Positions 52,640 through 59,686 of a stretch of DNA of 59,686 nt are shown here, in pieces (within the stretch, counting starts at the first letter, position 1; every line of letters starts with the position of its first letter). Both the position numbers and the translations under genes were made by a program. Source of the stretch: Sulfurimonas sp. (GTDB lineage Bacteria > Campylobacterota > Campylobacteria > Campylobacterales > Sulfurimonadaceae); assembly GCA_024513425.1 (NCBI GenBank), contig JANEIH010000001.1, positions 1 to 59,686 on the forward strand, written 5' to 3'. Under the pieces are notes generated by a model, which had not been told where the DNA came from, ran no database searches, and saw only the letters and a program-made list of their open reading frames with translations.

Positions 52640-52972
52640 TCAATGCTCATTCTCTTCGTGAACTTGATTTTGCATATAATAAACCGCAAATGGAAGCAAG
52701 AACAGTCCAATTGCAGCGACAACTAAAGCTTTAGCAGTAAATTCCCCTACATGCATCAAACTTCCCATTAAATACAAACAATAGGCAGTCAGCATCCAAA
52801 AGCCATAGGCTATTACCATAGTCCATGGCTTTAGTAGTTTAACTTTTACTGCAGTATATATACCAACATAAATTCCTCCAAAAACTAACACAAGTGCAGA
52901 TGAGACAAAGATAGGTAAAAAATCATCGAGTGCTATCTCTGGTCTAACAACTGATGGATCTATCATTTTCAT
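52640..52972 (-). CDS. 3-TM protein at the head of the nor operon (possible accessory subunit)
   Basis: 110 aa, three hydrophobic helices, AAGGA RBS, downstream of the Fnr-type box. Confidence 0.8.
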   Translation of the reverse strand: MKMIDPSVVRPEIALDDFLPIFVSSALVLVFGGIYVGIYTAVKVKLLKPWTMVIAYGFWMLTAYCLYLMGSLMHVGEFTAKALVVAAIGLFLLPFAVYYMQNQVHEENEH

Positions 52973-53036
52973 TTCCTTAAACTTAGGTTAGATTTCAGAA
53001 TCATATGTAGTGTATAAAGTTTTAGATGAAATAGGA

Positions 53037-53050
53037 TTGATTTAAGTCAA
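53037..53050. promoter_or_regulatory. Crp/Fnr-family (Nss/DNR-type) box upstream of the nor-nir operon
   Basis: TTGAT-TTAA-GTCAA, same half-sites as the box at 42245. Confidence 0.75.
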
Positions 53051-53129
53051 TTATTATGGCAAAGTAATAAAATTTAGTTAAATTTTATTTTAAGTGTTAC
53101 TTTAATAGATGTTTTTTTCCTCAACTCTA

Positions 53130-53888
53130 TTATTGAGGTTTTAGGTTGCCGCTATTTTCTATGCTATAGATATCAGTATGCTTGAGGCTACTATTTCTAT
53201 TTTTATCTGGAGTATATGCATATATAATATCATAGAGCGCATCCATTCTTAACGGTTTTTCTAAATGCTCATTCATTCCCGATTCTGTCATTTTTTTAAT
53301 ACTATCGGCTGTAGTATCTCCACTGAGAGCCACAACTGCAATATGGTTAAGTGCTGGATTTTTTCTTATTTTGCGTGTAGCTTCAAAACCATCCATACGG
53401 GGCATATGTGCATCCATAAGAATAAGAATAAAGTTGTTATCTTTCTCTAAAATCTCTAAAGCTTCAACTCCATCATTTGCTACAACAACATCAATACCGC
53501 TCCTAGCCCAAAGCCCTAAAATAACTTTTTGGTTAATGATATTGTCTTCAACAAGCAAGATGCGTTGACCGGAAAACTTTTTAAAGTCGTCTCTTGTAAT
53601 TTTTGTATGGAGTGGTACTTCTCTTTTTTTAATGACCTTTTGTTGCGTTTGAATTTTCTTAGCGGCTTTCTCTTTGGCTACTTTAAAATCCTCTTCTATT
53701 TTCTCCTCTTGTTGTAGAACTATCTCTTCGATTGTTGCTCTTGTTCTCTCTGCTTTTACAACTTCTTCAGTGCTTTTGTGAGTTGATAAATTTGTTATTT
53801 TTCTCTTCATTGCAAGAGAAATAAAAATTACAATTAAGGTGGCTGTGAGAGCTAAAAGCTCGTTTTGATAGGCAACTATAAGATTCAT
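53130..53888 (-). CDS. Membrane-anchored receiver-domain protein
   Basis: N-terminal TM, charged linker, hybrid-kinase-type REC (VEDNIINQ, MDAHMPRMDG, EKP). Confidence 0.85.
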   Translation of the reverse strand: MNLIVAYQNELLALTATLIVIFISLAMKRKITNLSTHKSTEEVVKAERTRATIEEIVLQQEEKIEEDFKVAKEKAAKKIQTQQKVIKKREVPLHTKITRDDFKKFSGQRILLVEDNIINQKVILGLWARSGIDVVVANDGVEALEILEKDNNFILILMDAHMPRMDGFEATRKIRKNPALNHIAVVALSGDTTADSIKKMTESGMNEHLEKPLRMDALYDIIYAYTPDKNRNSSLKHTDIYSIENSGNLKPQ

Positions 53889-53993
53889 ATTTTTCTCTCT
53901 TTATAAAATATTTTTCAATCATACAGTATAAAAAATTAAACCTAAATCAAATTTTCTGTATAATTTCTCTAAATTTTATGTTCAAGGTGACTT

Positions 53994-54917
53994 TTGCAAA
54001 ATATTCCGCATATTCCAGTTTTATACAGAGAAGTAGTTGAGGCTTTTAAAGATATAAATGAGGGAATAGTAATCGATTGCACGATGGGATATGGCGGTCA
54101 CTCTTCAATGATTCTTGATGCAAATCCAAATATTAAACTCATTGCAATTGATCAGGATCAGACAGCTATAGAGTTCTCACGCAAGCGTTTGGAGAAGTAC
54201 GGAGAGAGAGTTACGATACATAAAGGACGATTTTCAAATGTCATAAAAGATATTCTGCGTGAGGTTGATACGAGAGAGATAAAAGGTCTCTTAGCAGATA
54301 TAGGTGTCTCATCTTTGCAACTTGATCAAAAAGATCGAGGATTTTCTTATGAGAGTGAGAATCTTGATATGCGTATGGATAGAGAGGCAGTTTTAAGTGC
54401 TGAGGATGTTGTCAATAGATATACAAAATCAGAACTAGAGAGAATACTTTTAGAGTATGGAGAGTTGCGTAACTTTAAAAAGATCGCATCCGAGATAGTC
54501 AACAACCGTCCTTTTAACTCCGCAAAAGAGCTCAGTGAAAAACTTAAATCATTTATGCCTCAAGGTAAAAAGATTCACCCTGCAACACTTTTAATGCAGG
54601 CTATTCGTATTGAAGTCAATGATGAACTAGGGGAGCTAAAATCACTACTGCAAAGCATAGAAGAGGCAAAATTACCAAGTGCAAGGATTGCGATTATCTC
54701 TTTTCACTCTTTAGAAGACAGGGTTGTTAAAAAAGAGTTTGTGAGGTGGACAAAGTCTTGTAAATGCTCACAGGAAGCTATGCGATGTACCTGTGGAAAT
54801 AACCATCAGCTAGGACGCACTCTTATAAAAAAGCCGATTATGGCACAAGATGATGAGCTTAAAACAAATACACGAAGCAGAAGTGCAAAAATGCGACTAT
54901 TTGAGACAAACTTATAA
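53994..54917 (+). CDS. rsmH: 16S rRNA m4C1402 methyltransferase
   Basis: HIPVL, DCTMGYGGHS, DIGVSS, LDMRMD, SFHSLED, RSRSAK. Confidence 0.98.
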   Translation: MQNIPHIPVLYREVVEAFKDINEGIVIDCTMGYGGHSSMILDANPNIKLIAIDQDQTAIEFSRKRLEKYGERVTIHKGRFSNVIKDILREVDTREIKGLLADIGVSSLQLDQKDRGFSYESENLDMRMDREAVLSAEDVVNRYTKSELERILLEYGELRNFKKIASEIVNNRPFNSAKELSEKLKSFMPQGKKIHPATLLMQAIRIEVNDELGELKSLLQSIEEAKLPSARIAIISFHSLEDRVVKKEFVRWTKSCKCSQEAMRCTCGNNHQLGRTLIKKPIMAQDDELKTNTRSRSAKMRLFETNL

Positions 54918-54929
54918 AAAGGGGAGCGG

Positions 54930-55214
54930 ATGAGTGAGAGAAATGAACTTTTAGATGAAGTAGATTTGGCAATAGCAAATAAAAAAAGCCTTGATATTAA
55001 CTACTTTTTATATATTGTCTTTTCACTTCTGTTTGTCGCAATGTTTGCTTTTCCAAAGATATATATCACGCAACAGATATACTACAAAAGCAGAGAGATA
55101 GCGAAACTAAAAATCGAGTACGAAACCCTCAAGGAGGAAAATAGGCTAATTAGTGCCTCTGCAGAGTCTATTAAGTTTAAAAATCAAATATTAGATACAC
55201 TTTTTAAATTTTAA
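54930..55214 (+). CDS. FtsL-like bitopic protein
   Basis: Follows rsmH; one TM plus coiled coil (FPKIYI...IYYKSREI). Confidence 0.7.
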   Translation: MSERNELLDEVDLAIANKKSLDINYFLYIVFSLLFVAMFAFPKIYITQQIYYKSREIAKLKIEYETLKEENRLISASAESIKFKNQILDTLFKF

Positions 55215-55223
55215 AGGAAAATA

Positions 55224-58200
55224 ATGATTCGTAAGTTTATAGAGTTTGCCATTGAAAAACCACTTTTAAATCATATATTTTTAATCTTCATTTTTATGCT
55301 TTCTATATTTGCATATATCAATATTCCAAAAGAGATCTTTCCACCGATGAATATGGATAAAATCACCATTAAAGGTGGTTATGCGGGAACATCCGCAGAT
55401 ATTTTAGATAAGATGGCAGTACAGAGCATTGAAGATGATCTGCAAAACATTGATGCACTTGAAGAGATAAAAAGTAGCATTAAAAATGGTTCATTTATCA
55501 TCAGTGCGGAGATTAAAAACGGCTCAGACAATATACTTGTACTCAATGATGTAAAAGATGTTGTAAGTAGTGTAAAAAAAGATCTGCCAGCAGATATGAA
55601 TGAGCCGGTTGCTAAAATAAAAACACATGCTTTCCCTTTAGTTCTTATAGCACTCTCAGGAGATGTTTCAAAAGAGGAGCTCTTAGAGCGTGCAGATGAG
55701 TTAAAGAGTGAGCTTTCAAAATTTAAAGAGTTAAGTGATATAACGATTCGCGGTGCTGCAGATGAAGAGCTTGATATCTCACTAAATTATCAAAAAATGC
55801 AGGCTTATGGGCTTAGCACTACACAAGTAGTTGCGGCTATTGGTAATATTAGCTCAATTTTTCCAATAGGAACAATCAAACAAAAAGCACACCATCTCTA
55901 TATTTCAACCTATAACGGCGAGAAAATCAAAGAGAAAATTGCAGATACTATTATTCACGCAGATAATATAAAACTGCGAATAGGCGATATCGCAGATGTT
56001 GCTTTTAAGTTAGGCGATGAGGTAGAACTTTCTCACTACAATGGCATAAGAAATGTTTCCATTAATGTCACAAAAAGTAAAAACGGGAATGCAATCACAC
56101 TTGTAAAAGAGATACGCAAACTTTTGCAAGAGCAAAAAAAGAAGCATCAAAAATTAAATTTTAATATCTACACAGATACATCTGTATGGATTAAAAATCG
56201 TCTGAATGTGGTCTTTTCAAACATCACTTTTGGGTTGATGCTTGTCTTTTTGGCAATGTTGATTTTTATCAACCGTGGGATTGCTTTTGTTGTAGCTCTT
56301 GGAATTCCTGTGAGTTTTATGATAGGACTCATCGCAACAGAGATTTTAGGAAATTCTCTTAATATGCTCTCACTTTTAGGTGCACTTATTGCACTTGGAA
56401 TGCTTGTGGATGAAGCCATCGTTGTTGCAGAAAATATCTACAGGCATTTAGAAGAGGGTATGGAGAGAAAAGAGGCTGTTATTAACGGTGCTGCAGAGAT
56501 GTTTCCTGCGGTGTTTACTGCAACACTGACAACTGTTTTTGCCTTCTTGCCGATGCTTTTAATGACTGGAGAGATGGGAATGTTTATTAGGATTATTCCT
56601 ATTATGATTACGGTTTTGTTGCTCTCATCTCTCTTTGAAGCGTTTTATTTTTTACCGTTGCACGCACATGACTTTTTAAAGGTTTCTAAACAAAAGAGTT
56701 TTACAAAAGTTTTTTGGGATAAAATGTATGTATGGTATAGCAAGGGACTTCATTTTTTCTTTAAAAGAAAACTTACCTCACTCCTGTTGATAAGTTTTTT
56801 GATACTTGGATTTGAATTTATTATGATAAAACAAGCAAAATTTCAACTTTTTCCTGACTTTGATAATACTCAAGTCTATGTTTATGGAAAAATCAATATC
56901 AACAATGAGTTAAAAGATACGGAAAAAGCTGTTACAAAATTAGAAAATATCATTATGAAGCAGATTGATAATAAAAATATTTCATCTATTACCTCTGTTA
57001 TTGGCTTTAAGTTAGATGCTAAAAACAGAGCAGAGTTAGGTGAAAATATGTTTCATATATTTGTTGATCTACATGAGAGAGCACCGGAGAACTTTTTTGA
57101 CAAATATATCAGTCCTTATCTTTCTATTGAATATGATGCAGAGATAAAAACAAGAACAGCCAATGCAAAAGAGATAGCCACAGGAATCAAAAAAGCACTT
57201 GTTGATTTGCGTGAGAAGAAGGATGAAAAAGGAGAGAGTTTTTTTGAAGAGTTGGTCGTTAAAGTTCCCGGTGCCGATATAATTGCACATGATGTAGAGA
57301 TAGGTCTCAGTTCCAAAGATGGAAAAAATGTAGTTCCGCATCTGAAGTCTTTAGAGGAAAAATTAGGTTCAATTGAGGGTGTATTTAATATTTCAGATGA
57401 TGCAACCCTTGGGGAAAAAGAGTTGAAACTGCGTGTAAATAAGTATGGGCAAGAGTTGGGATTTAATGAGGGAATCATATCAAATATACTGCGTGCCTAC
57501 TATCTTAAAGGAGAGTATGGAAAACTCTTTAATAACTCCGGTCTTATTCGTATTCGTGTTGAGAGTAATTTAGATAATAATATTCATTCACTTAATGCTC
57601 TAGAGTTGCAAGTACCATCATCAAAGCAGTATGTCCAACTGAGAGATATATGCGATTTTGAGTATAAGCAGGGCTATGCAACACTGAAAAAAGAGGATGG
57701 AAAGCGTATTCGAAGTCTTTATGCTTCGATTGATAAAAAAATTATTACATCTTCAGAGCTTATGCAAAAAATTGAACCAATGCTTCAAGAGTTTAAAAAA
57801 AAGGGGCTTTTAGTTGAGATAAAAGGGGAGGAGAAGGAGAATAATAAAAATAAAAAAGAGATGATGCAGTCAGCAATTATTGCCATTTTTTTAATTTTTA
57901 TTACACTTGTGTGGCTGTTTAATTCTATTAAGAAATCTTTAATTGTGATCAGCACAATACCACTTGTTCTTCTTGGTGTATTTGTCGGTCACTGGATTAT
58001 GGGCTTAAATCTTACAATGCCGGGACTTATCGGAATAGTAGGACTTGCCGGAGTTGTCGTTAATGATGGACTTATTATGGTTGATTTTATAAAAAGGGCA
58101 AAAGATACAGAAGAGTTAATGCGTCGTGCACAAACAAGACTCAGACCAATTTTGTTAACATCACTTACAACAGTGCTTGGACTCTTGACACTTATCTTTT

Positions 58201-58337
58201 TCGCTTCAGGTCAAGCAAAGATACTTCAACCGATGGCAGTATCGCTAGGATACGGAATTGCGTGGGCAACAGTGTTAAATCTTTTGTATATACCACTGCT
58301 TTATGCAGTTGTCCATAAAATAAAAGCACCAAAATAA
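55224..58337 (+). CDS. RND efflux transporter permease (AcrB family)
   Basis: 1037 aa, GMLVDEAIVVAEN, GVVVNDG, RLRPILLTSLTT. Confidence 0.95.
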   Translation: MIRKFIEFAIEKPLLNHIFLIFIFMLSIFAYINIPKEIFPPMNMDKITIKGGYAGTSADILDKMAVQSIEDDLQNIDALEEIKSSIKNGSFIISAEIKNGSDNILVLNDVKDVVSSVKKDLPADMNEPVAKIKTHAFPLVLIALSGDVSKEELLERADELKSELSKFKELSDITIRGAADEELDISLNYQKMQAYGLSTTQVVAAIGNISSIFPIGTIKQKAHHLYISTYNGEKIKEKIADTIIHADNIKLRIGDIADVAFKLGDEVELSHYNGIRNVSINVTKSKNGNAITLVKEIRKLLQEQKKKHQKLNFNIYTDTSVWIKNRLNVVFSNITFGLMLVFLAMLIFINRGIAFVVALGIPVSFMIGLIATEILGNSLNMLSLLGALIALGMLVDEAIVVAENIYRHLEEGMERKEAVINGAAEMFPAVFTATLTTVFAFLPMLLMTGEMGMFIRIIPIMITVLLLSSLFEAFYFLPLHAHDFLKVSKQKSFTKVFWDKMYVWYSKGLHFFFKRKLTSLLLISFLILGFEFIMIKQAKFQLFPDFDNTQVYVYGKININNELKDTEKAVTKLENIIMKQIDNKNISSITSVIGFKLDAKNRAELGENMFHIFVDLHERAPENFFDKYISPYLSIEYDAEIKTRTANAKEIATGIKKALVDLREKKDEKGESFFEELVVKVPGADIIAHDVEIGLSSKDGKNVVPHLKSLEEKLGSIEGVFNISDDATLGEKELKLRVNKYGQELGFNEGIISNILRAYYLKGEYGKLFNNSGLIRIRVESNLDNNIHSLNALELQVPSSKQYVQLRDICDFEYKQGYATLKKEDGKRIRSLYASIDKKIITSSELMQKIEPMLQEFKKKGLLVEIKGEEKENNKNKKEMMQSAIIAIFLIFITLVWLFNSIKKSLIVISTIPLVLLGVFVGHWIMGLNLTMPGLIGIVGLAGVVVNDGLIMVDFIKRAKDTEELMRRAQTRLRPILLTSLTTVLGLLTLIFFASGQAKILQPMAVSLGYGIAWATVLNLLYIPLLYAVVHKIKAPK

Positions 58338-58479
58338 ATTTTTTAGGATAGATATGAAGCTATAGAAAAGTTATCTTTTGCCATTGTTACAAAACAAGAG
58401 AGGTGACTTTTGCTTTATAGTCATTATAAAGCAACTTCTAAGCAACTGATATGTATAATTTCAACCTATTCTAAGCGGC

Positions 58480-58520
58480 GGGTTTATAGCTCAGTTGATT
58501 AGAGTTCTTCGATTATCAAT
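58480..58520 (+). pseudogene. Degenerate tRNA 5'-half (copy 1)
   Basis: GGGTTTATAGCTCAGTTGATTAGAGTTCTTCG; follows a TATAAT at 58454. Confidence 0.75.
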
Positions 58521-58579
58521 AGAGTTTTAAAAAGTGCAGAAAAGCCCTAAAACATAGGCTTTAAAAGGTTTTATTAGAT

Positions 58580-58621
58580 GGGTTCTTAGCTCAGTTGGTT
58601 AGAGCTCCCCGCTCATAACGG
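58580..58621 (+). pseudogene. tRNA(CAT) 5'-half ending just past the anticodon loop (copy 2)
   Basis: GGGTTCTTAGCTCAGTTGGTTAGAGCTCCCCGCTCATAACGG; no T-arm. Confidence 0.88.
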
Positions 58622-58716
58622 ATATGAGCAAAGTTATTTTTAGCCCTAAAATAAGGCTTTAAACTGTTTTGTTTTTTAATAGGTGTCCCTTTGGGTGTCC
58701 TTTTTTATTAGATAAT

Positions 58717-58793
58717 GGGCTTATAACTCAGCTGGTTAGAGTCCCCCGCTCATAACGGGGTTGTCGCAGGTTCGAGTCCTGCTAAGCCCACCA
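58717..58793 (+). tRNA. tRNA with CAT anticodon (probably Ile2/lysidine type; elongator Met not excluded)
   Basis: 77-nt cloverleaf: GGGCTTA/TAAGCCC acceptor, ACTC/GAGT D-stem, CCCCG-CTCATAA-CGGGG, GCAGG-TTCGAGT-CCTGC, encoded CCA; paired position 1 argues against an initiator. Confidence 0.95.
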
Positions 58794-58804
58794 TTTTTTG
58801 AATA

Positions 58805-58833
58805 TTGACTTTTTTATAAAAACTTAGTGTAAT
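58805..58833 (+). promoter_or_regulatory. sigma70-type promoter for the hairpin/NYN unit
   Basis: TTGACT-N17-TGTAAT. Confidence 0.7.
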
Positions 58834-58851
58834 TAATCTATATTTTAATCC

Positions 58852-58932
58852 AAAGAAGGGTTAAATTAGTGCCATGTTAGTCCTACGAGATAATCCACTA
58901 GTAGGCTTTGGCATTGATTTAACCCTTTTTTT
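58852..58932 (+). ncRNA. Candidate structured RNA upstream of the NYN gene
   Basis: 23-bp outer stem (58852-58874 with 58909-58931) containing three G-U pairs; inner CCTAC/GTAGG stem; U-tract at the 3' end. Confidence 0.6.
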
Positions 58933-58951
58933 CGTTAATAAGGTTGCGATT

Positions 58952-59095
58952 ATGACAAAAGTTGCTTTTTTTGTTGATTGGGATAATCTTCGTAAAATAG
59001 TCCATAAAATAAAGAGTCAGTCCAGAAGATCAGAAAACACAATAACTACATTTGACTACAACAATGCTTCACACATTTCAAAGTTATTTCGATAG
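58952..59095 (+). pseudogene. NYN/LabA-DUF88 (PIN-like) nuclease, N-terminal fragment
   Basis: MTKVAFFVDWDNL matches the first acidic motif (hhhDxxN); AAGG RBS; stops after 47 aa. Confidence 0.65.
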
Positions 59096-59157
59096 TGTAA
59101 AATAAAGTTCGCAATTTTCAATTAAAGTATCAATATATACAGTATTTATATTCACAA

Positions 59158-59311
59158 CTATTTCATTACAACATATTTAGAAAGTCTAATGCCTTTTCTA
59201 ATCTCTATCCCATGCTTTCGTGATAAACCAGCATCTTCTGCTATATCATCTGCCGTAAAATCAGCATCTTGAATATAAAGTGAATATAAAATACCAAATA
59301 AATGATACTGT
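59158..59311 (-). pseudogene. C-terminal fragment of a small HTH-like protein, cut by IS21
   Basis: HLFGILY...DIAEDAGLSRKHGIEIRKGIRLSKYV; the track's N-terminal part is IS-end sequence. Confidence 0.6.
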
Positions 59312-59568
59312 TGTAGGGAAGCACTCCATTTGGCCACCGCGAGCATTAACACTTGGCCGGCAGAAGCATCAACACTTGGCCACCGTGAGCGTCTCATAAG
59401 TAGCCACCATTTCTATTGATGCTCCTCTAAGGTAGATTTAAACTAAAAGATATTCCAAACTAATATAATGCACCTAATTTTAAAAATAAGGTGTGTAAAA
59501 TGAGGAGAATATCGATGAGTAAAATTAAAGAGGTGTTACGATTAAAATATCGTAATCAATTATCCAAC
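59312..59568 (+). mobile_element. IS21-family left end with the first 23 codons of istA
   Basis: Begins TG; four imperfect repeats of about 23 bp (AGCA..AACACTTGGCC core); ATG 59500 MRRISMSKIKEVLRLKYRNQLSN resembles an IstA N-terminus. Confidence 0.75.
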
Positions 59569-59686
59569 TGCAAATTTCACTTTATTCTTCCACCCGTTTC
59601 ACAAATTGCCTTCCACTTTTTCAACCCTCAAACAAGCGTATAAAATTGTAGCATAAATGAGAGTGAGTGGAAGGATAGTTTTTGTT
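59569..59686 (+). mobile_element. Second IS21-like end nested in the first istA; runs off the window
   Basis: Begins TG; two TTTCAC-N6/7-CTTCCAC repeats; AAGGA RBS and TTG at 59682. Confidence 0.55.

Noticed and set aside
58480-58720. Repeat-spacer pattern as a CRISPR array or a split/intron-containing tRNA
   Set aside because: The repeats are tRNA 5'-halves, the spacers share motifs, and no separate 3'-half exists besides the intact gene
58874-58951. Upstream ATG extension of the NYN ORF (MLVLRDNP...)
   Set aside because: It lies inside the hairpin; the RBS and first domain motif fit ATG 58952
59312-59410. Short direct repeats resembling a mini-CRISPR
   Set aside because: Repeats are imperfect and almost adjacent, with no unique spacers and no cas genes; they fit IS21 terminal repeats

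Overview
AT-rich chromosomal window from a Campylobacterota (Epsilonproteobacteria) sulfur-oxidising denitrifier, most like Sulfurimonas by gene order and protein style (inference). Most of it is core genes: pyrC, pgm/pmm, serB, metF, serS, pflB-like, ftsH-prmA-cheY-hisA-hisH, waaC-lpxL, ruvB, panB, trpA, DEAD helicase, pepN, dprA, rpsF-ssb-rpsR, rsmH and an RND pump. It also holds a type IV-like sulfide:quinone oxidoreductase and a norCB-nirS-heme d1 biosynthesis cluster with two TTGA-N6-TCAA boxes. There are three accessory zones. (1) About 22.2-24.65 kb: an internally deleted IS1380 with both ends intact, followed by a lipoprotein and an omptin-like barrel. (2) About 32.7-37.45 kb: an orphan ABC binding protein, dprA and a very AT-rich secreted protein/outer-membrane protein/two-component cassette. 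(3) From 58.45 kb: two tRNA 5'-halves with att-like spacers in front of an intact tRNA(CAT), then a promoter, a 23-bp RNA hairpin whose three non-canonical pairs are all G-U, a truncated NYN-nuclease gene, and nested IS21 ends. Three small ORFs below the track's size cut-off were found: after sqr, after norB and in the nirDL operon. A peptide deformylase homologue that has lost its metal ligands is fused to a CxxC membrane domain. No database searches were run; family assignments come from recognised motifs and remembered gene order.
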